A stretch of DNA of 64,000 nucleotides from Amoebophrya sp. A120. Taxonomy: Eukaryota; Protista; Dinoflagellata. The position numbers and the translations under genes are program-made. The stretch is from the NCBI GenBank assembly GCA_905178155.1, contig CAJINV010000005.1, positions 8,959,222 to 9,023,221 on the forward strand, written 5' to 3'. This document shows positions 49,416-62,113 of this stretch, piece by piece; the first letter of the stretch is position 1, and every line of letters starts with the position of its first letter. The notes under the pieces were generated by a model. The model had not been told where the DNA came from. It did not search any database and saw nothing but the letters and a program-made list of their open reading frames with translations.

Positions 49416-52400
49416 TCACTTCAGCGATAGTTGCTGCATAAAGTACCGCGCGTTCGGTGACACAGAGATGTGTCCGTTTTTCGACAGAAAGTTCTGAACC
49501 TGCAGCAGCCTCTGCCGCAAGATTTGGGATCCCGAACTCCCGGGCAGCAGCTGGTCCTGCAGCATGCCGCCCCCCGCGGTATTCCCGAAATGGTCCGCCG
49601 CGTAGTACCGCGTCAGTAGGCTGATGTACGTCTCCAGGATTTTGGTGTAGTCGACGGAAAAAAAGCCGGGGAGCATTTGCTCATCCGGGTTGGAAAGAAA
49701 TTCCTCCCGATCGAAAAGCTCTAAAGCCTCTTCGTACCTGAGTTCACGTTGTAGAGGTCGTTCTTTTTTGATAATTATTTGCATTATGTCGAAATGTTCT
49801 GCACGACCAAGCATGCATTGCGATTGCGATGTTGTGAGTTTTGCATGACAACACCTCTTCGCAGCATCTTCTTCAAAAGCCGTTCGTACTAAGTACATGA
49901 TCATAGAACAAACTTCTAATTCTATACCTTCCCTGGTCCCGGACGCAGTCGTGGAAGTGTTTCAACCGCCACAGCTTGCAGACGAACCTCCACACCCTCG
50001 TGATTTCGTCCGAACTCCGCGTGGTCTGTTGCGCCGCACGGGTGCCATGATCCGCCGCGTTTGTCACAACCATACCGGAGTTGTTAGAGGAATTCACATC
50101 GATTCCGAACGACGCCCCGTAATCGGCGTACATGCTCAAGAACTTGCGGCACTCCTGTTCTAATTGCCGCAGTTTAAAACTATTTGTCCACGCGGTAGTA
50201 CTAGCCGCACCTCCCGACATGGAAGTACTAGTGGCTCCACCACCAGCCCCGCCCCCGCCAATCGGCTCCTGACCGGGGGTGAAGGTGGCACCGGAAGACA
50301 AGTTGCGGCTGCCGCAGCTGGCCACCTCCGTGAAAGCGGGGAGCCGCAGAATCCGCTGCATGGTTTCCAACACTTTCCGGTAGTTGGTGGACAGGTGGAG
50401 AAACCGCAACGCCAGGATGTACTTCCCGCGACGAAGGGCGTCGAGCCCCAGCGACTCCATGATGCTCCGAAATTCGCTGGTAGTGTCATTGGAGGAGGAA
50501 ATCTTGTTGTTCATCAACAGCTCTCCTGCGCCGTTACTGGAAGAACCACTCGAGTTGTTGCCCTTCATTTTCATCTCTCTTTTCCGGTTCAAATGGTCGA
50601 CTTTCGCTTCCAAAGACTCCTGCAACAGGCCCTTCGTGTGGGAGCCGTCGAGTAAGATTTTTCCGGTCAGAAGCTCCAGGGGAGAAAAATTATTGTCGTG
50701 GTCGGGTACTAGCATGTTACTAATCCCTGTCGAAGCTGCTCCTACTCCACCCGAGCCCGGAGCGGTACTTGTTACCACTTCCGCATTTGACTGCGTGAAG
50801 GACTTTAAAATCCGCAGATAGGCGTATTTTCGGTCAAAGGGCTGCATATCGTACGAAAAAACTGTCTCACTGTGGTGATTTTGCAAAATCTGCATCACAA
50901 GTTTGTTACGCATGACACTGAAAATCTGTCATGCGGGGTTCCCAAGGGAAAAAACAGCTAGAAATCAATTGTCTTGCATGTGTAGCATGACACACACTTC
51001 TGCGATCCATTTTCTGCATCACAAGTTCACAATGAAACAGTTTTTTCTTGCGATACTGCAGGATTTGGATGTAATTCAACTGCTCGCTCACGTCAAACAT
51101 ATGCAAGAGAAAAACTGTGTAAGTGTAACTTTCTTTGGCTGACAGCATCACAAATTTGCTCTACATGACAGAGAAAACCTGTCATGCTTGGCTTGTAAGG
51201 GAAAATACACATGAAAAAAGGACTTCATGGCTGTGTGGCATGACAGGTGTAACTCTGTTGCATGTTTTGCATTACAGAGTTACACTAACACAGTTTTTTT
51301 CTTGGATAAAACAGCTGGTTGCTGTAGTTCACAATCTCGTCGACGTAGGGGTTTTATCGAATGCAAATATGTCTGGGTCTGGGAAAGTGCAAGGTTTGTC
51401 ATGCTAGCATAGCAAGACTCTTAAGTCTGTCATGCTCGTTACCGAAAAGCCCTATTTTCCTGTGATCGAGAAACGCAGTTTGTCATGCAGAATAGGCAAC
51501 ACTTAGAAGCCTAGGAACTTGTCATGCGGAGCCAGCATTTGTGGCCTCCACATGCTAAGCCACTCAGCATTACAAGTTTCCAGACCCAGACATATTTGCA
51601 TTTGATAGGTATTTTTCCTTGTCAAAATCCAACACGTGGGCTTTCGCCAGTGTCACCGCCAGATGGATCGTGATAGAGGACCTGAGGTTGTAGAAGTGAG
51701 TATTACCAATACAACTTTGTCGTCCTCGTGGTCGTGTCTCAATTTACAAAAAAGAACAATCATGCGCGTGGATTTGCATGCCCATCGTGGTGGAACTGTT
51801 GAAGTCAAGGCAACTAGACTAGGGCATCGAAAGAAAATGCAAATCATTTATATCATAACACAAAAAGAAACAATACAGCAAGGCCGGGTTTCGGTTTTTC
51901 AGCGCTCGGAGCCCCTTCGCGTACTGTAAGGAGAGTATCCCACGAAAAAACTGTTTCACTGTGATGATTTTGCAATATCTGCATCACAAGTTTGTTACAT
52001 ATGACGCGGAAAACTTGCCATGCGCGCTTCCCAAGGGAAAACACGCTTCAAAATCCAATGTCTTGCAGGTGTAGCAAGACAAAGAGTTTTGTGTTCCATT
52101 TTCTGCATCACAAGTTCACAGTGAAACAGTTTTTTCTTGCGATAGAAAGAAACAGTAATTTGATGTCATCCAGCTGGAACTGGGATTGTTTCGTCGTGTT
52201 CAATATCGGGTGCAAACATGTCTGGGTCTGGAAGGTTGCAACTTGTCATGCTAAATCTGAATCATGCAACGAACCTGTGTTGCGTGATTACCAACAGCCG
52301 TCCTTTTTTACCAAGTTGAGAGGGAACTTCTCATGCAGGAGAGGCATGATAGAGATCTCACAGAATTTGTCATGCCAGGTGCTGCATTCTAAACCCTATG

Positions 52401-55400
52401 AACCATAGAAAACCTGCATGACAAACCTGGCAATCTTCCAGACCCGGACATTTTTGCATTTGATATTCAAAAAGTTTGCCACGTCCGCGCCCGAAGTTCC
52501 CCCGCTCAGCAGACCCATATTTGCCCCCCCGAACCGGCTGCCCTGCTGGAAAAAGGACATCATGTTCAGGTTGCTGCTGCCGAAACCGCCCAGGATGCTG
52601 CCGCCGGACTTGCGCGCGTCCGTCCACTCAATGATGGACATGATATGGAAGCGTCAGGTTTGAAATCGACAAACTTAAAATGATTTGTCATGCATAAAAT
52701 GCAAGGCATGAAGTGCCTGTCTTGCCGGGATGGCAAGCGAGGCAGATTGTGAGCCTCTTTAGGGTTTGGGATAGACTTGCTAAAGGAGCACGACCAAAGC
52801 AGTCTTCTGTGCCCAAACAGCATGACAAATTGGATTCCGGTGCTCCGAAAACTTGTCACGCAACCGCTTGCAAATTGGGCTTCCAAGTGGTATCGCTTTT
52901 ATGCATAGCAAATCATTTCAACTTTGTCGATTTCAATCCTGACACTCCCATACATGATTTTCTCTTGGTACTCTTCCAGCGAGCACCTTTTGTTCTTGAC
53001 CAACAGCAGGTTATGCCACACCAGGTTCTCTGAGGTCCGCATGCGCTCCGAGAACATGTCGCGTGGGTGATTCGAGAAATTCGGGATGTGGTACTGTTCC
53101 TCCTGGAGCGTGAGTATCCAGGAAAAAAACTGTGTAAGTGTAACTGTGTAGGAAGAGCAGCATCACAAATTAGCTTTGCATTACAGGGAAAATCTGTCAT
53201 GCGCAGCTAGTACGTGGAAACACGTATGAGAGTAGCGTATGACGCAGATCCAGCATGACAAGTGTAACAGTTTTGCACTTTCTGCATCACAGATTTACAC
53301 TTACACAGTTTTTTTCTTGCATAGTGAGCGAAGTGTCTTCAAAAGGGAAATCCTCGCCCAGGATAAGTTTCAGACACAACTTATCCTGAGTAAAAACGTC
53401 CCCACCACAGAGTCAAGATGGGGACTTTGCAACACAAACCTAGAAGTTTTGATGGTCACGCATGACAAGTTTCAGTCCGTAAGGTAGTGCCAGTTAGCAA
53501 GGAAAGCCGCATCACAAATCGATCTGCTGATCCTGTTTACAGCATTACAAGTTCCCAAACACGATTGGAAATGCCTGTCATCGGGCTGCGCATCACAAAT
53601 GTTCCTGTCATGGCAAATCTGCATGACAACTATGGTGTGGGGACGTTTTTACACAGGATACAACTCCCGGAACACCGCCCCGTTCTGGCTCTGCTGGCTC
53701 CGGTTGGTGGTGGACATCTGCGGCTGGCCACCCGGGTTGTAACCCGCACCGTAGTGCTGCTGATGGTGCCCGGAAGTGGCGTTGCTGTGTTTTTTATATT
53801 TCGAGAATAAGTCAGTCTGGTTGTGCGCTTTGTAGTTTCTTCATTATACAAATTCCTAGGCGGTTTGCTTTCGAAATGAACCACGCGCCTTGATGACCTA
53901 CCTTGTAAAGCATGCCAATCTTTGCAGAATAACTTCTTGAGCCTCTCGAGTAGAGAACAAACTCAGTATGGTACTGTCGACGTGAAAGAACCGAATGCTA
54001 ACACCCACCTCATCAAGTGAGCATCATTATCATCAAGTTGTAAGTATATGATACCCGGCCTCATTCCCCCACATCCTGTGATATCCAAGAAAAAAACATT
54101 GCAGGTGTAACTTTTTTGGAGGAACAGCATTACAAATTTGTCTGGCATGACGGCAAAAACCTGTCATGCGCAGATAGTACGTGAAAACGCCCTTTAATGG
54201 ACCCTACGACGCTTGCCAAGCATGACAGACGCAATCACTTTGCATCTTGCGCATCACAAATTTACAGTAACAACGTTTTTTTCTTGGATATGTGGATTCC
54301 AGATCCCAGTGCGGACTCGATGGTAGCTACGACGGAGTTATCAAATGCAAAAATGTCTGGGTCTGGAAGAATGCAACTTGTGATGCTGCATTTGGATGTC
54401 TAAAAAATTTGTGTTGCATGAGCAGCAAAAGGATTCTCAATCTTGCTACGCGGAGAGGGCATTTGTCATGCGGAAGAGGCATCACGAATCCCTCAAAAAA
54501 CCTGTGACGCTAGGGCACGCATCACAGACATCATGGCTCATGCAAACCGTGCGTGACAAGTGTCAGAATCTTCCAGACCCAAACATTTTTGCATTTGATA
54601 GGAGTGCTCCAATGAAACCGAGGTGCCCTGGAGCAGCGAGATCAGCACCGGAATGCAGGTTTGCACACACAAATCGAATTCCGCTGCGTTCGCAAAGCAC
54701 TGCCTATCCTGCGTAAAAACAGGACCCACGAAGAACGTGGTATCAACAAGGAGGAGGTGTTGAGAACTCTAGTACTACAGATGAGATGTATCTTTGGTTG
54801 TTGCTACTCGAAATGCCAAATCTCATGTTGAATCCGCAGAGCAAAAAGCTACTGTGCGGTGGTGTTCTTGGCCAGTGCCAGAAATCCGATCAAGTGGAAA
54901 GGACCACACTCAAGAATGCTCCTGCGCGGGCCTTGTTCAACTGCTCTATGCAGATGACTCGTCGCATGACACTACGGATGTTGTCCTCGTTCTCCACCTG
55001 TGGGAACTCGTTTTTACCCAGTCGATACTGCCGCAGCCTCGCTTCGGATTGCAGGTACCGCAGCATCTCCGGACTATCTACGCGCAGCGCGTGGAAAACG
55101 AGGAACCTGATGTTGTTGTGATGTTAATGTTTACGGTATTTGTGCATGACAGATGCTAGTTGTACTCTCCTCCTGCAATTACACATTCAACATAGTCTAG
55201 TACAGAGAACAAGTGCTATACCATGCGTGTCCAGCGGTGGAGGGGAAGTGGGCGTCGTCCCATATGATCATGCCGTAATTGATCAGCAGACTGCATATGT
55301 CTTGCTCCGCCGTTCGTGGTATGAATTGCAAAAGTATCGTAATCGTACTCATGTAAATGCATTACAAATTTCCTCAGCATGAGAAATAAATTTTGTAATG

Positions 55401-58400
55401 CGGACTTACCTTAAGAAAAAAATTTGCGATGCATGGCCGCAACTACTACGGGCACGATACTTTTGCAGTTCATACGTGGCATCTGTTTGCAGGAATCCCG
55501 AATCTCGCTGATTTTCCACATCCGCAGAAACTCGACTTATGCAAGAAAAAAGCTGTGTAAGTGTAACTCTGTAATGCAGAAAATGTAACAGAGTTACATC
55601 TGTCATGCCAGACAGCCATGCAGTCCTCATTTCATGTGTGTTTTCCCTTACAAACCCTGCATGACAGACATTCTCTGTCATGTAGAGCAAACTTGTGATG
55701 CTGTCAGCCAAAGAAAGTTACACTAACACAGTTTTTTTCTTGGATACGATCCCCCGGTCGACTAACAAGGGAGCGGCTGTTTTTTAATATTGTGCATAAT
55801 GGAATTCAGAAGTATACGAGCGTAGAGCGAAAAACTAATTTTTCTATCATACTAGCAAAAGTACACTAGCAGTCGTGGTCTCTCGACACATACAAGGTGA
55901 GGACCTGCCACAAGACACCTGCAACTACCACGATTTTTACCTTGTTTACAACAATCGCAACACAATTATAAAACCATGAATTTAAAAAATCTTTATCTAG
56001 AGGACACTGATAAAAAGTACTTATCGTCATCGGATCTTGTCCCACCAATGCCAGCACCAGTTCCCACAAAAACTTCAGGTCGCTGCAGTACTCGCTCCCG
56101 CTGTAACTTTGCAGCGACAGCGAGTACACCTCGAAGGCCAGGCGGTCGATGGTCATAAAGGAACTCCGATTGAACAGTTCCGCGATATCGCGCTCGATCT
56201 GCAAGTTCTGGTGCAAATTCCCCGTCGTGTTCGGCTGCACCAGTAACGCCGAAGACCTACCTGCGCCGCCGTTTGCACTAGTTCCCCCGCCCGACAGGAC
56301 CACGCCCTTCTGCCGGCTGGCCTGATTCCCCACCGCGGGGGCTCCCCCGGAGAGGTTCAGCAAAAAATCCGTGCCCAGGTCGTTCCCGGCCCGGATCTGC
56401 TCGATGATCTTTTTTTTCATCGTGTTCCACTGGTAATTCAACTTCGCGGAGGATTTTGCGTTGGCCTTGTAGAAGCTGTCCTTCATCGATTCTTCGATGC
56501 TGCTAGTCAGCGTGTTGTGCAATTCGTTCAAAAAAGACTGCGCCACCACGGGCCCCCGCCCAGTTCCCTCCGTCGCTTCGTCCTCTAAAACGTCGTCGTG
56601 TAGTAAGTCAAACCGGGAAGAAGCTGTTCCACCCCGAGCGGACCCTTTGGTTTGAAACTGCAGCTCGTCATGTTCCTGTCCCGGGTAGGTTCCGTCTTGC
56701 TCCAACTGGTGAGGCGCATCGAAGTCGATTTGCTGCAGCAGCTGCAGGCCCGAAAGCTCGCGGTCCTGGTAGTCCGTCCGGGAGTCTTGCAGAAGTCGGT
56801 GCAGCTGTTTAGTAGTAGGAAAAGGAAGGCTTTTCCTTTTGCATTCTGGTTGTTGAAAAAAGTGCACGAATCACAACTGTATCATTTTTTTTTCTCATGA
56901 GGAGAACTACCCCACGTCAAAAACGCCCCATATGCAGCAGGACAGTGCAGGTTGAAAAGTGGATGAGAAACGACCCAATTTTCCAACATCGCTACCTACA
57001 AGTACAAGAGCCTCGACTTGAAAAATCAAACGATGCGACGGAGAAGCATAATATTACGTGAGTACAACTTCAAACATGAAATCAGTACAAAAATCTACCT
57101 TCGACTTGTTCGAGGCCAAGCCACTTCCCGCGCCCACCCCGAGCGGCACCGAACCAGCGCCGCTCCCGGCGCCACCGCCCAGTCGCGTGCTGTCGCGGAC
57201 TATCAAAAGCAAATATGTCTGGGTCTGGAAGGATGTATTACTTGTAATGCTGCATTTGGATCCTGAAAAAATCTGTATTGCAGGAGAAGCAAAAGATATG
57301 CGTTTTTTGCTACTCGGAGGGGGCATTTCTCATGCAGTATCGGCATCAGAAAGCCGTCACAATAGCTGTGATGCTCGCGCATGCATCACAGACCTCGCCG
57401 GTGATGCAAAATGTGCATGACAAACTTCCAGACCCAGACACTTTTGCAATCCATAAGGACATCTTGGGAAAACTTCGCCAGCCCTTCCGCGATCACATTC
57501 TGCACGTGCAGGCTATGGAGCTGTCAGGATCGAAATCGACAAAGTTGAAATGCTTTGTCATGCATAGAAAGGATGCCCGTTGTAACCCAGTTTCCAAGAT
57601 GCGCATGACAAATTTGGGTAGCGCCGGAATCCAGTTTGTAATGCTGCTCCGGTAAGGAAGACGCCTTTTGTCGTGCTACTTTAGCAGCTCTATGTCTACA
57701 ACCCCTCGACAGGCTTACTGCCTCCCTTGCCTACTCTGCAAGAGAGGCATTTTGTGGGTTGCATTTTATGCATTACAAACTATTTCAACTTTGACGATTT
57801 CAGTCCTGACGCTTCCATACAGATCGTTTGCCAAGTAGTTGCGGTTTCGCAGCCGCTCGTGCCCGTCCTGAAACAGTTGTATGAAATGCAAAAATGTCTG
57901 TGTCTGGAATGTTGCCGGATTTGTGATGCATATTTTGCATGGCCCAGGATGTCTGTAATGCACGACCTAGCATCACAGATTTTTAGTGGGCTTCCTGATG
58001 CCTACTCCGTATGACAAATGCCCTCCCCGCGTAGCACAAACTAGACTCCTCTCGCTGGTCATGCAATACAGATTTTTTTTTACCTTCCAAAGACAGCATC
58101 ACAAGTTCCAACCTTCCAGACCCAGACATTTTTACATTTGATAAGTTGGGATAAAGAACAGCTCGGGTTGCTGCTCTGGACGGACGTGTTATTCCCCTGC
58201 TGCCGCGAAGCTGGGTTCCTCCCCCTGGAAGAGGAGGACTTGTGGACGGAGGACGTGTATCAAATGCAAAAACGTCTGGGTCGGGAAGGTTACCAGGTTT
58301 GTCATGCATCTTTTGCATGACTCAGAATGTCTGTAATGCATGATCTAGCATCACATATTCTTAAAGGCCTTACTGATCGATGCCTATCCCGCGTGACAAA

Positions 58401-58948
58401 TGCCTTCCCCGCGTGGCACAAACTGGGCTCCTCTTGCCGGTCATGCAATACAGATTTTTTTAGAATCCGGAGTCCGCATCACAAGTTGCAATCTTCCAGA
58501 CCCAGACATATTTGCAGTTCATAACGTGAACAGAAACTGCTGGCCGGAGGAAGCGTTTGAATTGCGCTGGTTCCGTTCGTAGAGCGCTTCCATATGAAAT
58601 GCAAATATGTCTGGGTCCGGAAACTTGTAATGCTTAAAGTGAATCATAGACGCACTGCAATACGCAGCTGCACATGACAAATTTTTCGGCTGCCATGTCT
58701 TACGTTTTCCGCATGGCAGACTGCGTTTTTGCATGACAGGTAAGAGGGCCATTTCCTGCCTATGCAACGCAGATTCTCGAGTCATGCCAGACAAGCATGA
58801 CACACTTTCATCCTTCCAGACCCAGACATATTTGCAATTGATATTCCAAAGTCGTTTGCATTCTCTTCAGCGGCTTCGACGGTTGGGAGGAACCGCTGGC
58901 GCCGCCGTTCGGCAGCGTACCAAAAACCGACTGCGGGGGAGGCGCCAT
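49416..58948 (-). CDS. NUP93: Nucleoporin Nup93/Nic96-like, many exons
   Basis: Segments resemble Nic96 in order: TLEALYERNQR; TSSIEESMKDSF...QWNTMKKKII; TSENLVWHNLLLV...SLEEYQEKI; ALRRGKYILALRFLHLSTNYRKVL; KHFHDCVRDQGRYEEALELF. ATG at 58948 (MAPPPQSVFG). Not every junction was resolved. Confidence 0.7.
50847..51055. mobile_element. Introner, family F
   Basis: TATCGTACGAAAAAACTGT / ACAGTTTTTTCTTGCGATA; TSD CTGCA (duplicate at 43563-43771). Confidence 0.9.
51100..51308. mobile_element. Introner, family F
   Basis: TSD AAACA. Confidence 0.9.
51355..51607. mobile_element. Introner, family A
   Basis: TSD GGTTT/GGTAT. Confidence 0.9.
51936..52144. mobile_element. Introner, family F
   Basis: TSD GAGAG/GAAAG. 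Confidence 0.88.
52204..52465. mobile_element. Introner, family A
   Basis: TSD TTCAA. Confidence 0.9.
52644..52952. mobile_element. Introner, family E
   Basis: TSD CATGA. Confidence 0.9.
53115..53323. mobile_element. Introner, family F
   Basis: TSD GTGAG. Confidence 0.9.
53382..53660. mobile_element. Introner, family B
   Basis: TSD CAACT. Confidence 0.92.
54082..54290. mobile_element. Introner, family F
   Basis: TSD TGTGA/TGTGG. Confidence 0.9.
54339..54600. mobile_element. Introner, family A
   Basis: TSD GGAGT. Confidence 0.92.
55320..55474. mobile_element. Introner, family D
   Basis: TSD CGTGG. Confidence 0.9.
55538..55746. mobile_element. Introner, family F (reverse orientation relative to the 51100 copy)
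   Basis: TSD CGACT/CGATC. Confidence 0.88.
57201..57455. mobile_element. Introner, family A
   Basis: TSD CGGAC/AGGAC. Confidence 0.88.
57514..57819. mobile_element. Introner, family E
   Basis: TSD CAGGC/CAGAT. Confidence 0.88.
57880..58143. mobile_element. Introner, family A
   Basis: TSD AGTTG. Confidence 0.92.
58258..58523. mobile_element. Introner, family A
   Basis: TSD ACGTG. Confidence 0.9.
58593..58843. mobile_element. Introner, family A
   Basis: TSD TTCCA. Confidence 0.92.
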
Positions 58949-61479
58949 GGTTGGTGTTCGTTGTTGCACCACTTGTCGTTGCGGAGGAGAAACTTACTTC
59001 GGAGCAGCTCGGGGGGCAAAAGATGCTCGGGAAATTATTGGTTGTTTTCCTATGCGTGTGGCATTAGGCTTTTTTTAGAATTAATACGGATACTGTCGCG
59101 GGAACATGAAATCGCAACCCATTCATCTTCACGAGCGGTGCATCATGTTTTGCGCGCTACCAGAAATGAATGAAACTCGAAGTAGAAGTTCTCTATCAGG
59201 GATGAATGCTATGCCGCTAGTAATTCATTATCCGTGGACTACAACTTCTTTACTGGCTAGGTAGAAAGAGAAAATATGAGTCCATTTCTATTTCCATTTC
59301 TCCTCTGATGTGTGTCGCTGGAAATAAGGAACAGAACAAATTTGTACGAATAAGCTGCGTGGAAATATTAAAACCACAAAATTTATTGGAACTAGAAGAA
59401 CTATCCCAAATGGAGCGCCGACGACCTAGCAGCGTGCCTGCCTACAGAATATTAAAGGCGGCCCTGCTCTAGGTGAGCGTTTAATTTCTTCAAAAGTAGG
59501 AACCGCGGTGATTGTAAAAAGGACCACACCGGATGAACTTTTTGAGCAAAAATAAGCTATTGCATCTTTATTTTACAAAAATTTTAGAAGAACCAAGACG
59601 AGAAGTTTTTGATTCCAAGCTCGGCTCTGGTGCTGAACGGGATCTGATCATCTTTCTGGAGCTCTGCGTCGAAATAAATAAACCAAACATTCAAAAATGA
59701 ACTGTGAAGGAGGACTAACTGCAGCAAAAGGATCTTCGATTTGCTGCACTGAAGGATTTACTCGCATCTACGGGTCAGCACAAGTAGAAAGAGTCGGGGT
59801 TTTATTGATCACAACAGGGAGAAGTCGTGGCAGTATCGAGTTATTTCCATCTTGTTCCCTTTGGTTTTACCAGCTGATGATTGCTCGAGCTTGTGGATTT
59901 AGTCGTGAGTTGTACTGCAAAAGCTCGTCTTTGATCGACACTTCTTCATCGTGATCTGATGTATCGGAAGAACTACTTATAAAAAAAAAGTGCGTTGTGC
60001 AACACGAAAGAACTTTATTTTTTCCGCGAACAAACAGCACCATCCGTCTGGACCAATGGCCCGCCATAGTACCCACAGAAACTTCCAACCCAGTTTTGGG
60101 AGCGCAGAACCTCCGCCGGGGGCTGCGAAACAGATACAAGTTGAGATACAAGTAGAAATGATACAGGGTTCGTCTAGTGCGAGTGAGATTATCAATCGAA
60201 ACGTGGTTCTTTTATCCCGAAGTATTTTATTCCGGAAATATTATCCCTTTTGTTGCATTTCCTTCCATGCTCGGGTGGTTAAAATTCCAGCATTCCATTT
60301 GTAGTTCAAACAGAAGTCCTCTTCTCTATGAAGTGGAATCAACTGGCGCGTTTTGTCTGCGACAGGCTGAAGTCTTTTCCTAACTTTATTGATTCCCTAA
60401 TACTTCTTCCCGAACCGGACCTGAGCTGCAGTCTGTCCATTACGACGTAGTACATGGGTAGAAGTAGAAACTCCATTGGTTTCATCTGTGGACTTGCTTC
60501 ATCACATACAAATTTCATTGCGCAACAGGATAGAAGTACTGTGGGACGGTGATTCAACATTATCATATGTTCAGTTGCATTTTTACATAGGACCAGTGGT
60601 TTGCGAAGTTCTTCTTGAAAGCAAGACAGACTCTTTACTAAAAAAATGGTTGTGTACAGTGTGAAGACATCTCTCTGCTGAGGGGTAAAGATGAAATTTC
60701 TGCTAAAAGTATTATAAAATAGTCAAAAGTTGTAAGCAGTGCCAATAAAGTGTCGCGTGAAGAAGATCACTGATAATTTATTAATCGAAGGAGGAAACAA
60801 CGCCAGATCATGCAGCAGGAAGGCCAACGTCCCATCCTGCGTGCGAGTTCGGTGGATTCCTCGAAACAAACTGCTCCACGAAAGCATGAATTTTTCTTCA
60901 CTTTTTCTACATACTGATATTGCGCCAGCAAAGATGTAGAAATTTGCTTTTCACCTAGACTACCGAGGATGCCCTACTAGCACAGATGGTGCACAACAAG
61001 CACAACATCCCCGTTCCAAACCCAAAGCTCCTCTAGACTTGCGGGAGCCCGCTCTCCGCCTCGTGTTGATATCAGCCAGAAAAAAAGGGCCTGTGAAATA
61101 GCTTTTGTGCATCGATTTCCATGCTAAAAACGTAGTTGTGCCGCATCATAATCGGCGTCAAAATTTATGAAGAAGGCGTTCCTCGAGTGAGACGCAACTG
61201 CTTTTGTAACATACAACTCATGCGTTGAAACTCTGAAAGAACAATGTGAACGACACAAAAACGACCCACAGGCATGTACTGACGACTTTTTCCGTCCGAT
61301 AGATCGCATTTGCCGTTATCAGGCGTGAGATTCCCCTTTCCCAGTACGGAATCCATCGCGGCGCTTTTGTTTTCCACCGTCGCGTTGTTGACGACCTGTT
61401 GTTTACTTAAGAAGTTTTTTCCTTCTTGATCTTGTTCAAGCACGAGCACAAGTTCGCACACTAGGCACAGACGTGTTCA

Positions 61480-61840
61480 CAATGCAAAGAAATTGCGCAT
61501 GACAAAGTGAAACTTTCAGATCAAGTAAACGTAAGTACGTCTTCCTGACCACCGTTCCAGGTCGTGAACGATTTTTCTCCCGACATCACAGCAGCGTTGA
61601 CCCCCGAAGGCAAGACCTTTTTGGAGATTTTTGAAAAACTCTGTAAAAAAAGAATCTTGTGATGCAAAACAATGCAAAGAAACTGTGCATGACAACATCA
61701 AACTTTCAGATCAAGTAAACCTAAGTACGTTTTCCGCAACCCCGTTCCAGACCGTAAAGCATTTTTCGCCCGAAATCACAGCACCAACCCCCTCCGAAGC
61801 CAAGACCTTTATTTGGAAGATTTTTGACAAGCTCTGTACT
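61480..61840. repeat. Diverged tandem duplication, 2 x ~190 bp
   Basis: CAATGCAAAGAAA..GCATGACAA...AAACTTTCAGATCAAGTAAAC.TAAGTACGT at 61480 and 61670. Confidence 0.8.
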
Positions 61841-62113
61841 GTGTATGTTAGTAAGCATGTTGCGACACTGCACGACAAAGTCAGCATACTAACTTGCTTC
61901 ATTTCACCTTCGCAAGGACCACAAAGTGGTCACACGCCATTAAGTACGCATGACAAACCTCCGCTATACCTTTCCCTCCCCTTCGCCGCAGCCATGGAGT
62001 GCCGTGAGTGGTGGCGAACCAGAACAAGCAAGCGCAGCTTGGGTGTCGTGCGAGTGCGTCGGAGCCTGATATTAACGAAGAGGAATTGTTCGTAATGTCT
62101 GGTCTGCGAACAA

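Larger units (their letters stand above)
36592..51158. repeat. Near-identical tandem duplication: 36592-43874 and 43876-51158 (offset 7284), separated by a single N
   Basis: The ORF track repeats exactly with +7284; N at 43875. The only differences noticed are in the first ~80 bp of copy 2. All introners in copy 1 recur in copy 2. Confidence 0.95.
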
